This document shows positions 1-7,910 of a DNA stretch of 64,000 nt, piece after piece. The stretch spans positions 4,220 to 68,219 of IMG/VR virus record IMGVR_UViG_3300043446_000421; one strand, written 5' to 3'. Both the position numbers and the translations under genes were made by a program. The stretch is from a virus. The notes beneath the pieces are model-generated. The model was not told the origin of the DNA. It did no database searches and saw nothing but the letters and a program-made list of their open reading frames with translations. Positions within the stretch are counted from its first letter, which is position 1. Every line of letters starts with the position of its first letter.

Positions 1-548
1 AGCAGTACCGGTGAGTAATTATCGCCAAGCCATGTACGACCATCGCCAGCAACAGTAATTGACTCGGGATAGTAGTAATAGTGCAATTCAACATCATAAG
101 CATCATCCGGGGTTGGACCAAGAATAAAACTCAACTCGTCCGTAATAACGCTGGTAACTACTGTCGGGCCAAACAAAGCGTAGTACTTAGGGATAGCCTG
201 ATCAGCAGGGTTGGGGTACGCCGCACGGATAAAGTTCACATCCTTGTTCAGCAGGTACTCGTAGTTGCCATCGCCATCAATTACCGCCATCGAGAAGACC
301 GACAGGAAGTCAGATGGGCAGGACAGGTACTTATTGCCTGATGTGGTCACGCCTGTGACGTTCTTCCGCAAGGCTGGAATCTGAACTGAGTTATATACCC
401 GCTCTTCGGCTTGCGTAATAAACGTATTGATCTGCGCAGTGCCGTCAGACGAGGTCGTGCCTGTACCTGCTACGTTCGTCCACGTATTTGTGGGGAAGTC
501 GTTTTGCAGGTAGTTCTTAACAGCAATGAACAGTTCGTTATACGTCAT
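1..548 (-). CDS. Phage head-tail adaptor/neck protein (3' end runs off the window)
   Basis: Manual translation from ATG at 548: MTYNELFIAVKNYLQNDF...FITQAEERVYNSVQIPALRK...PKYYALFG...LGPTPDDAYDVELHYYYYPESIT. Typical adaptor; open to window edge. Confidence 0.7.
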   Translation of the reverse strand, partial: MTYNELFIAVKNYLQNDFPTNTWTNVAGTGTTSSDGTAQINTFITQAEERVYNSVQIPALRKNVTGVTTSGNKYLSCPSDFLSVFSMAVIDGDGNYEYLLNKDVNFIRAAYPNPADQAIPKYYALFGPTVVTSVITDELSFILGPTPDDAYDVELHYYYYPESITVAGDGRTWLGDNYSPVL

Positions 549-550
549 GA

Positions 551-781
551 TTAACCCATCGGACCACGGCACATAGTGCCTTTAGTTGCTGCACCAGCGC
601 CACGCATTTTAATGCCGTCGGTTTTGACCGGTCTGGTGTTGCCTTTATTGACTGTACCTACGCCAATATTGAGGCTGTCCATCTGACCTACACCGGAAAT
701 TTCAGGTTGCGCGGCAACGCGTTTTCCACTCATTGTATGGGGCTTGGCGTATGCCGACGCGGGTTTGTTTTCCTTAGCCAT
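551..781 (-). CDS. Small basic virion-associated hypothetical protein
   Basis: 76 aa ORF packed in the late operon; C-terminus RGAGAATKG typical of these small proteins. Confidence 0.6.
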   Translation of the reverse strand: MAKENKPASAYAKPHTMSGKRVAAQPEISGVGQMDSLNIGVGTVNKGNTRPVKTDGIKMRGAGAATKGTMCRGPMG

Positions 782-942
782 TATCGACCTCTTCCAGAAG
801 ACCGCTGGTTCATTGCACGAGCCATATTCCGACCCATCCGTTTCATGGCTTCGCCAGTCACGCCGCCTTTAGCCATGCCCTTATGCATCCGCTTCTCATG
901 CGCCTTGACTTCCGCCTTGGCTACTTTCTTCATGCTGTCCAT
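781..942 (-). CDS. Small basic hypothetical protein (53 aa, MAKGG motif)
   Basis: Manual ORF MDSMKKVAKAEVKAHEKRMHKGMAKGGVTG...; GGAG RBS upstream; abuts neighbours. Confidence 0.6.
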   Translation of the reverse strand: MDSMKKVAKAEVKAHEKRMHKGMAKGGVTGEAMKRMGRNMARAMNQRSSGRGR

Positions 943-950
943 ATAGACTC

Positions 951-1358
951 CTATGTAATCGTTACACTACCCACTACGCTGATAGGGGCCAGAGCATTCG
1001 GCGTTAACCCCGCATCATTCCCGCTTGCCCCACCAATCGGTGCCCAACCCCACTGAAACACTCGGCTACCACCAGATGGGTCACCAAAATCAGTATTGTT
1101 TGTAAGCTGCAATCCTGTGTAACCCGCTTGCTTGTAGCTTATATCTGGTCTTGGTTCCCGAACCGCTTGTGGGTCATTCACTGGATACAAACCAAGCGAC
1201 AACTGCGGTTGATCCGGTTCCCAGCAATTTTGGCAAACTTTAATCGACACCTGCTTGGTCTTGATAGTCAGCTTGCGTAACTCTTTCAACTTGTAGCGAA
1301 ACCCGCAGCGGTCGCATTCCGCAATCGAGTGTTTTCCGCTTGAGTACTTACTCGGCAT
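951..1358 (-). CDS. Zn-finger (CxxC...CxxC) phage late protein
   Basis: CDRCGF...VCQNCWEPDQPQL...DPQAVREPRPD. Confidence 0.65.
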   Translation of the reverse strand: MPSKYSSGKHSIAECDRCGFRYKLKELRKLTIKTKQVSIKVCQNCWEPDQPQLSLGLYPVNDPQAVREPRPDISYKQAGYTGLQLTNNTDFGDPSGGSRVFQWGWAPIGGASGNDAGLTPNALAPISVVGSVTIT

Positions 1359-1361
1359 ACA

Positions 1362-2105
1362 TCACCGATAGAACGTAGTACGCGGCACAAACCGATCTGG
1401 AGCCTTCTCGCGGTCTTCTTGCGATGCCAAATCCCATGCCTCAGCGTATTCCAACTTTAACAAATTCATGCGTTCCAGCGAAATCTCAGGAAGCTTCAAA
1501 GCCAACTTGGATGCCAGCCCAGCGATCAAAGCATTCTGAAAACGGAACGGAATCTCTTCAACATTCACACCTGTTCCAGCATCTACAATACGCCGCATAC
1601 GCCAATAGACAAAGTAATAATATGGATTCCCCACAGCGCCCTGATCTGGCGATGGCCATACATTAATCTGCGGATAAGCAGGAGTAGCGCCTAACAAATC
1701 CGTGGTCTGCCCCGAACGGCGGTTTACCCACACCTGAATTGGACGACCTTGTGTCAACTTGTTTGGGATCGTGGAATATGTTGAGACGCTGATACGACTG
1801 ATGTTTATGTCAGTCTGGTTGGATATTTCGCCCGGTTGCGTACGAATAACATGCTCCAGAAGGTCCACCGTATCATTGGGAAGATCGTAAGTGACCTGCC
1901 CTTGCACCAACGGAATCTGCCCCTGCTCAATGGTCCACAGATTAATCCCACGATTTGCCCATTCAGTAAGCAGCAAGTTAAGGCTACGCCGTGCGGTGCG
2001 AAACTCGTAACCAGTACGCAACTCTTTGCCGCAACGCTCAAACGCCTCTTCAAATATCTCGTTGAGGTCTGGGTTAAAGTTGGTTGTACTTGTGGTTACG
2101 GCCAT
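1362..2105 (-). CDS. Head-tail connector / tail tubular protein A-like
   Basis: 247 aa; EEAFERCG...ARRSLNLLLTEWANRG...VWPSPD; follows capsid module. Confidence 0.7.
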   Translation of the reverse strand: MAVTTSTTNFNPDLNEIFEEAFERCGKELRTGYEFRTARRSLNLLLTEWANRGINLWTIEQGQIPLVQGQVTYDLPNDTVDLLEHVIRTQPGEISNQTDINISRISVSTYSTIPNKLTQGRPIQVWVNRRSGQTTDLLGATPAYPQINVWPSPDQGAVGNPYYYFVYWRMRRIVDAGTGVNVEEIPFRFQNALIAGLASKLALKLPEISLERMNLLKLEYAEAWDLASQEDREKAPDRFVPRTTFYR

Positions 2106-2338
2106 TACCTAAACCCCGCTGTTTTCTTAGCTATGCCCTTGGGTTGTGCAACAAACTGCTTACCTTTTGCTTTCCCTGCCCGCTTTGCCCTCGTGGTGGC
2201 GGCATACTCGGCTGGGCTTAACGCCTTGATCGCCTTTTCCGGGAGATACCTCTCGCCGGTTTTTGACGATGGCTTTCCTGACTTTGTTCGCCATTTCTGG
2301 TCCCCCCAGTCTTTCAAGCTTTGCTGTGGCGCTTTCAA
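2105..2338 (-). CDS. Small basic protein (DUF5872-like C-terminal half)
   Basis: QQSLKDWGDQKWRTKSGK...RYLPEKAIKALSPAEYAATTRAKR...GKQFVAQP; probable TTG start overlapping upstream stop (start uncertain). Confidence 0.55.
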   Translation of the reverse strand: MKAPQQSLKDWGDQKWRTKSGKPSSKTGERYLPEKAIKALSPAEYAATTRAKRAGKAKGKQFVAQPKGIAKKTAGFR

Positions 2339-2610
2339 TCTCTGTAGCCCCCACCTGCTGCCTTGTACTTCTTTGCCACAAGCTGTGCTTTGCGGGCTGA
2401 CCACTGACCTGCGCCCGTGCCATGGGTAGCAGCGGCTTTTACTTGCGAGACAATCTTCTTACGAAGGCCCGGCTTCGTGTAATTACCTGCTGCATTAACC
2501 TTGCCACCTTCTTTGTACTGCGTAAAGTCGGTGTCATCCCGCCGAGCCTTTTTCTTAGCTTTAGGCATCTTAGAAGGGTTAATGTCGCCCATGCCACGTG
2601 AGGCCATCAT
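2335..2610 (-). CDS. Small basic protein (DUF5872-like N-terminal half)
   Basis: YTKPGLRKKIVSQVKA...GQWSARKAQLVAKKYKAAGGGY. Confidence 0.6.
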   Translation of the reverse strand: MMASRGMGDINPSKMPKAKKKARRDDTDFTQYKEGGKVNAAGNYTKPGLRKKIVSQVKAAATHGTGAGQWSARKAQLVAKKYKAAGGGYRD

Positions 2611-2611
2611 G

Positions 2612-2995
2612 TCAGCACTTCCCGCCTTTTTTCATGCCTTTGTTACCGGCCATGACAACTTGCTTGCCTTTGGTCTTGCCTTTAACAGCAACGCCATCAC
2701 GGCTAGGAGCAGCAGTCTTAACAGCGCCCATCTTGGAGGGCATTACACCGCCGCCTTTTGCGTATTTCATACCTTTCATTTCCGACTCCTCATGTTTGAT
2801 CATCGATTTGGGTGCGCCCTTTTTCTTCATGAACGCGACTTCTTTACCAACCATCTTCTTGGACTCAGCCATACCGCCTCCTGCTTTCGTAAACTCTTTA
2901 CCCACAGATTGCGGCACACCGGCCTTTTTAGCAAATGCAGGATTGTGGGCAACGGCCTGCATAAATCTTTCCTGCTTTTTAGATACGGTAGGCAT
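2612..2995 (-). CDS. Lys/Met-rich small virion protein with xxGG motifs
   Basis: Start MPTVSKKQERFM at 2995; YAKGG and MKKGG motifs. Confidence 0.6.
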   Translation of the reverse strand: MPTVSKKQERFMQAVAHNPAFAKKAGVPQSVGKEFTKAGGGMAESKKMVGKEVAFMKKKGAPKSMIKHEESEMKGMKYAKGGGVMPSKMGAVKTAAPSRDGVAVKGKTKGKQVVMAGNKGMKKGGKC

Positions 2996-2996
2996 A

Positions 2997-3185
2997 TCAG
3001 ACCTTAATAATCCAGCCCTTGCCAACGACAAGGCCAACAACAAAAAGACCAATCCAGATCAACGCCTTCTCCACAACAGTTTTACCCACCTTCTTGTAAA
3101 ACTCTGAGGACATCTCTTCGATAGCCAGCTTTGCCGCTTCTTTGGCAATCAATCGTTCACGTTCTGTTAGTTCAATATCTGACAT
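2997..3185 (-). CDS. Small membrane protein
   Basis: 62 aa with C-terminal hydrophobic helix ALIWIGLFVVGLVVG. Confidence 0.6.
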   Translation of the reverse strand: MSDIELTERERLIAKEAAKLAIEEMSSEFYKKVGKTVVEKALIWIGLFVVGLVVGKGWIIKV

Positions 3186-3186
3186 G

Positions 3187-3441
3187 TCAGCACTTCCAAG
3201 CTCTTAAAGATTTGTTAATGCGACTATTCGGATCGTTCGCGGTTTTCGCGGAAGTGAGCTTCTTTTTCATCCCCTGCATTCTGGAACAGAAGGATTTTTT
3301 CCTTGCGCCGCCTTCCGGTTGGGGCGGCTTCAACCCCGGTTTCCCCGGATTCGCTGCGTTGTAGGAAGCTCTCCCTTTGGCGTTTAGACCACCCTTGGGA
3401 TTTTTGCCCTCTTTCCTCTGCCATGCCGGGGACTTAGCCAT
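3187..3441 (-). CDS. Conserved basic phage protein (DUF6321-like)
   Basis: MAKSPAWQRKEGKNPKGGLNAKGR...RKKSFCSRMQG...SRINKSLRAWKC. Confidence 0.65.
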   Translation of the reverse strand: MAKSPAWQRKEGKNPKGGLNAKGRASYNAANPGKPGLKPPQPEGGARKKSFCSRMQGMKKKLTSAKTANDPNSRINKSLRAWKC

Positions 3442-3709
3442 AGAACACCACAATAGTTGCGCTCGACAAAGTGGCGTGGACATCAGTATTGAACTTGATG
3501 CCCTCGCCGGGAAACAGAATATGTTCCGACCCTGCCGCAGCGGGAGCCGTAAATGAAAACCGCGTAGTGCCGCCAGAACCGCCGTCTTTTAAGACAACCG
3601 TACCACCGGAGGCGTAACTGATAGTCACCGCTTTTACACGGGTCGTATCAGCGTACGCTGTATTGGTAGAGGTTACCTGCGCCGACTTAACGTCATATTG
3701 CATGGTCAT
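3434..3709 (-). CDS. Virion structural protein (beta-rich)
   Basis: 91 aa; ...PGEGIKFNTDVHATLSSATIVVFYG; in capsid operon. Confidence 0.6.
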   Translation of the reverse strand: MTMQYDVKSAQVTSTNTAYADTTRVKAVTISYASGGTVVLKDGGSGGTTRFSFTAPAAAGSEHILFPGEGIKFNTDVHATLSSATIVVFYG

Positions 3710-3721
3710 AACGACCCCCTA

Positions 3722-4171
3722 TTAGACGTTCTGCTGACCAACCAGCGGATCGGCGACGAAGTAAGTGATATAACCGCCAACTGTGCCGGTACCAGAAGTG
3801 TCGTCACGCGAAGTCACGTAAGCCATTTCAGTCGAAGCAGTCAGGGTCAGACCAGAAGTCACAACGCCAGCCGAAGCAACAGACAGGTTGTTGGCAATAG
3901 CCGCAGGAGAAGCTGTGCCGGAGGTGTAGCCTGTTGTGCCCAGATCGATAGAGCCGGAACCTGCGTCGTTAATCACGACAGACAGAACAACAGCACCAGC
4001 GGGGAGAATAAGGTTAGGAGCGCCAGCGGTCGAAGAGACTTTGACGTTGCCAGAAGCGGAAGCATCAGCAATGTAGAACTGCGCAGCCATCAGGCCGGAG
4101 CCACAATACGCGGTGCGAGTTGTGTCGCCGCCGCCCGAACGCCAGATGCTTTGGGTGGTAGAAAGTGCCAT
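3722..4171 (-). CDS. Putative capsid decoration/minor structural protein
   Basis: Start MALSTT at 4171 after GAGGA; Ala/Gly/Ser/Thr-rich with ILPAGAVV motif; directly after the major capsid gene. Confidence 0.6.
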   Translation of the reverse strand: MALSTTQSIWRSGGGDTTRTAYCGSGLMAAQFYIADASASGNVKVSSTAGAPNLILPAGAVVLSVVINDAGSGSIDLGTTGYTSGTASPAAIANNLSVASAGVVTSGLTLTASTEMAYVTSRDDTSGTGTVGGYITYFVADPLVGQQNV

Positions 4172-4278
4172 TTGAGTTGTCCTCACATGCGAGTTAAGCG
4201 CAAACGATCTGCATGTCGTCAGGCGGGGGGCCTGTTCGTAAGCGCCGGGAAACCCCCGGAATTTGATACTTTATATAC

Positions 4279-4310
4279 TAAAAAAGGGGGGCGGTAAAGC
4301 CCCCCTTTTG
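4279..4310. terminator. Intrinsic terminator after major capsid gene
   Basis: AAAAAAGGGGGG-CGGTAAAG-CCCCCCTTTTG; hairpin with a U-tract on the minus strand. Confidence 0.75.
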
Positions 4311-4312
4311 TC

Positions 4313-5221
4313 TTACGCGCCTTGCGAACCGTACATGCCCAGCGGGTCAGACCAGCCGAACGAGTAACGCTCACGAGCCTTGTAACGAACGTTGCCGGTG
4401 TCAAAGTCACCGTCCATCGACTGCGACAGAGGGGTACGAACAAAGTGCTTCATGCCGTTTGGAACGTCAGTGGTCAGGAACCATGCGTTTGTGTCGGTCA
4501 GGAAGTGGTTGATCGTATAGCCTTCTGGGATCGAGCCGTTGTTCTTCAGAGCGTTGACATCGTTGTCGTTAGTGCCGACGCGAAGTTCGGTTTCCAACAG
4601 ACGAGTAGCAACGAACTGGAGAGCAGGAGGAACGACCAGCTTGCGAGGCTTGGCAGCGATCAGCAGACCACGTTCGTCAGTCCACGCAGCGATCTGAATC
4701 ACAGCGTTTTCCAACGAAGTTTCGTTCAGGTCAGCAGGGGTCGAAGGGATGTTCGAGTTAGTGCCGCCAGAGACGAGTGGGTGCGAAGCGGAGAACAGCG
4801 GTTTGCCATCGCCACCAGCGTAGCTGGTATTGAAGCCGTTGTTCAGGATAGCCGCAGCTTTAACCTGCTTGGTGTACGCCATGGCACGAGCCAGACCCTT
4901 GGTATAACGCGCCGACAGGCTGTCATACAGGTTATCTTCGATGGCCTCTTCGGTCAGCGAGAAACCCAGAGCGATGGTTTCGTGGTTGTATCGAGCAGTC
5001 CAAGCTTCCTGCGCGTTGTCATAAGCAATCGCAGAGCCTTCGTTCTTGACTGGAGCAGCCGAGAAGCCAGACAGCTTGGTTTCTTCTTCGAAGGAACGCT
5101 CAGAGGTCTCTGTTTCGTAGATCTCTTTGTGTTCTTCACCATAACGAGCATACTCAAGACCGAACAAAGCGTTCAAGCCGGGGAGCAGCTCTTTCAGTAG
5201 TTGTGCGCGTGAAATAGCCAT
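4313..5221 (-). CDS. Major capsid protein
   Basis: 302 aa, MAISRAQLLKELLPGLNALFGLEY...YKARERYSFGWSDP; widespread podovirus-like MCP; followed by terminator. Confidence 0.9.
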   Translation of the reverse strand: MAISRAQLLKELLPGLNALFGLEYARYGEEHKEIYETETSERSFEEETKLSGFSAAPVKNEGSAIAYDNAQEAWTARYNHETIALGFSLTEEAIEDNLYDSLSARYTKGLARAMAYTKQVKAAAILNNGFNTSYAGGDGKPLFSASHPLVSGGTNSNIPSTPADLNETSLENAVIQIAAWTDERGLLIAAKPRKLVVPPALQFVATRLLETELRVGTNDNDVNALKNNGSIPEGYTINHFLTDTNAWFLTTDVPNGMKHFVRTPLSQSMDGDFDTGNVRYKARERYSFGWSDPLGMYGSQGA

Positions 5222-5232
5222 TATTTAACTCC

Positions 5233-5904
5233 TTAAACGCTTGCTGCGCCAGTCGGGTTGAGATACGAATGCCCACCGTTGTACGATACGACGTTCGGAG
5301 TGCCTTCGACGAGAGTGATGTAGGGCATGTTCCACTTGACGATAACTTCAGTGTAGTTGCCGCTGCCATCAACAGATTCTGCAATACCGGCGATGACACG
5401 CACGGGCAGAGTAAAGGCAGTGTTCGAACCAGAGTCATACACGCCGATGTTGGAGTTACCCGAGATCGTGGTATTAGAAGCGGGTTGCGAAATTGCCAAG
5501 TTATCACCTACCACGAGGGGGGAGATACCGGTGATGGTGGTCGAAGTTGCACCGCCAGTCACAGCTACTTGGAACAGTTGGTCGGGGTCATCTGCTACAT
5601 AAGCCAAAATGTCCGACGCGTTGGTGCTGGCAGTGTAGTAGTTGACGAACTGCTTCTGACCCGTAGTAGGGTTAGTGTAGCTGCAACCAAGGAATACACC
5701 GACAACGCCTGTTGCCGAGACAGTGGTAGTACCTGTTTCTTTAACGATAGTGCCGCTCGAAATACGAACGATGTCACCGTTATTGATTGTGGTACCGTAG
5801 TTTGCTGCAATCGGGATTTCACGAGTCTGGCCCGCGAATACCTGACCGCCGATCAGATTGACCGGCTTAAACCCGTAAGGGGCTGATACAGTCGGATAAG
5901 CCAT
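5233..5904 (-). CDS. Capsid-associated structural protein
   Basis: 223 aa MAYPTVSAPYGFKPV...VGVFLGCSY...DDPDQLFQV; immediately precedes MCP. Confidence 0.7.
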   Translation of the reverse strand: MAYPTVSAPYGFKPVNLIGGQVFAGQTREIPIAANYGTTINNGDIVRISSGTIVKETGTTTVSATGVVGVFLGCSYTNPTTGQKQFVNYYTASTNASDILAYVADDPDQLFQVAVTGGATSTTITGISPLVVGDNLAISQPASNTTISGNSNIGVYDSGSNTAFTLPVRVIAGIAESVDGSGNYTEVIVKWNMPYITLVEGTPNVVSYNGGHSYLNPTGAASV

Positions 5905-5921
5905 AATTGGACTCCAAAAAG

Positions 5922-6371
5922 TTAATTTCCTTTACCAAATGATGTCGAAGATTTTCGCTCATTAAAGAGTGGCATCCTCGGATCGTTCTGGCGCATCAGG
6001 TTATTGTCTACAGACTCAATCTGGCCTTCGGATTGTTGCTGGTAATAGCTATTACGCTGATGTACCAACTCCTCCGGAGTCTTGCAGAGTAGTAACCCAC
6101 CGACCTCGATGTTGTCCTTAAAGCGACTATTCGGGTCGATTAGCAGTTGAAATTTTGGTTGTTCTTCAATCTTGACTGGCTCCCAGCCTTCCCGCAATTT
6201 GGCCGAAAGGTTACGTGGGTCAGTACTATTCAAGGTTGAGACACGAATCCATCTGTACGCGAAACCGGGTTGCTTATCTGGTTCAGGGAGAAGCTCAGGT
6301 GGTGTCCACTGCTTGGGACGTTCCTGCACGGCACGAGTTTCAAGTTCACGACTAAGTTTGTTTTCAGCCAT
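5922..6371 (-). CDS. Conserved head-module hypothetical protein
   Basis: WTPPELLPEP...YRWIR...EGWEPV...GGLLLCK. Confidence 0.7.
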   Translation of the reverse strand: MAENKLSRELETRAVQERPKQWTPPELLPEPDKQPGFAYRWIRVSTLNSTDPRNLSAKLREGWEPVKIEEQPKFQLLIDPNSRFKDNIEVGGLLLCKTPEELVHQRNSYYQQQSEGQIESVDNNLMRQNDPRMPLFNERKSSTSFGKGN

Positions 6372-7317
6372 TATTGGCCTCCATTTTCATAATTTCACGG
6401 GCGTATTGCTCAGGAGTAATCCCAAGCCTCTTGATAGTGTCTAACTGCGACTTCTTCAACACGATTTTTTTGGAACCTGTGCTGCGGGTCGCAGGAGCGA
6501 CGACCGTGGACGGTTTGTCTGTGCGCGAGGCGGGCTTATCCGGCTGCGTGGAATCAGGAAAATAGTCCGGGAAACGCTGACGCATCGTAGCATCAACCTT
6601 CTGCCAATACTCATCGGTGGATGGGTAGCTGGCCCCGTACTGTTTGACTAGCTTTTGATGTAGACCAAGTGCAAGACTAGTCATTTCCTCGTCCTTACCG
6701 AACCATGTATTGCGCTCTTGCCACGCAACAGCCCTTGGGTCAGGAGGAGGTACTTGGGCTTCTGGTTGGGGTTGTACATCATTTTCCTGATGTTGTAAAG
6801 AGGGCACGTATTCCCGTGCTTTCTGTAACTTATAGTTGGCGTTGGCGATCTTCTCCTGCGCCTCAATAAGCTTATCAGTGTCCCCCGCGTCATAGGCTTC
6901 CCGGTAAAGGCGTTTGGCGGTGTCCAACTCCATTTCCGCAGCCGTTTGGTAGGTCTCAAGGTAGGTTCTTTCCCCCTGAGACAGCCTATTTTTAAGGGTT
7001 CTGTTCTCTTCTATTATTCTTTTGGCAAGGTCTTCAGCCGCTTGACGCTCCCGCAGGGCCTGATCCTTCTCCCGGCGCTCGTCATGCCACACCTTTTTCA
7101 TCTGCTTCAGGCGGGTTTTGACCTTCTCGGAGTAGTCCTCAAGTTCGTCTTGTTCAAGTTCTTGTACAAGTTCCTTGGGCAACGGCTCCCTGCCACGGTC
7201 TTCCGGCGGGGTATCGTCTTCTATTTCAAGGTCAAACTCAGCCTCCTGCTTGGCTTCGACTTTACCTCCGGCTTTGGCTTCCTTTTCGTCCGGAAATTCA
7301 AACTCAACTTTATCCAT
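6364..7317 (-). CDS. Putative capsid scaffolding protein
   Basis: Acidic N-terminus, coiled coil, C-terminal ...KRLGITPEQYARE; start MDKVEFEFP after AGGAG. Confidence 0.7.
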   Translation of the reverse strand: MDKVEFEFPDEKEAKAGGKVEAKQEAEFDLEIEDDTPPEDRGREPLPKELVQELEQDELEDYSEKVKTRLKQMKKVWHDERREKDQALRERQAAEDLAKRIIEENRTLKNRLSQGERTYLETYQTAAEMELDTAKRLYREAYDAGDTDKLIEAQEKIANANYKLQKAREYVPSLQHQENDVQPQPEAQVPPPDPRAVAWQERNTWFGKDEEMTSLALGLHQKLVKQYGASYPSTDEYWQKVDATMRQRFPDYFPDSTQPDKPASRTDKPSTVVAPATRSTGSKKIVLKKSQLDTIKRLGITPEQYAREIMKMEANNG

Positions 7318-7327
7318 ACACTTCTCC

Positions 7328-7720
7328 TTATGCGCGGCGGATGCCACGTGGGTCTTCGACAACTGCTTCCACAGTGTCGTCGTTAATCATGCGGAACTCT
7401 TGCCCGTGAATCTTCAGTCGGGTACCGCTATTCGGACGAGCTAAAATGAAATCCCCCGGCTTACACCATGGGCCACTTGGGAAACGCTTTTCGTCTTTGT
7501 AGCAATCTGGCCCGAGGGCGATTACAAAAAATACGGTTGCCAATACCTCTTCAAAATGACGAGTTTGGTCTGCTTTGATCAGGCCGCTCTCGTAGGTGTC
7601 TTCAATTTCCGGTAGCCCAACAAGGATGTGATACCCGGTTGGCTGCGGCAATTGTTTGGCTTTCTCTTCTGCTTCTTGTGGTACTACACCGCTTTCTGTA
7701 GCGATTAGTATTTCACTCAT
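7328..7720 (-). CDS. GroES-like co-chaperonin
   Basis: PQPTGYHILV...SGLI...VIALGPDCY...KPGDFIL...GTRLKIHGQEFRMINDDTVEAVV follows the Cpn10 pattern. Confidence 0.8.
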   Translation of the reverse strand: MSEILIATESGVVPQEAEEKAKQLPQPTGYHILVGLPEIEDTYESGLIKADQTRHFEEVLATVFFVIALGPDCYKDEKRFPSGPWCKPGDFILARPNSGTRLKIHGQEFRMINDDTVEAVVEDPRGIRRA

Positions 7721-7907
7721 CGTCGTGACGCTCCATTTGGTCTGCAAGGTCTAATATGAATCCTTCTGCGATGGATAGACCCCGAATCTCCCCGCACATT
7801 GCGCGATACTCTGCGTAATCCTTTGCAGACGCCCCGCTCATTGCCGCAGCAAGTTGCGCCTGTTTTTCGTTAATTCTGTCTTTAATAATAGCCAGTGCTT
7901 TGTCCAC
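7713..7907 (-). CDS. Small hypothetical protein between portal and GroES
   Basis: 64 aa; DYAEYRAMCGEIRGL. Confidence 0.65.
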   Translation of the reverse strand: MDKALAIIKDRINEKQAQLAAAMSGASAKDYAEYRAMCGEIRGLSIAEGFILDLADQMERHDDE

Positions 7908-7910
7908 TGA

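Noticed and set aside
4200-4225. Hammerhead ribozyme (CUGACGA on the minus strand)
   Set aside because: No GAAA core or stem III arrangement follows.
4322-5886. Long antisense ORFs opposite capsid genes (similarly 7944-8951 and 42423-43562)
   Set aside because: Shadow ORFs caused by codon bias; no motifs or RBS.
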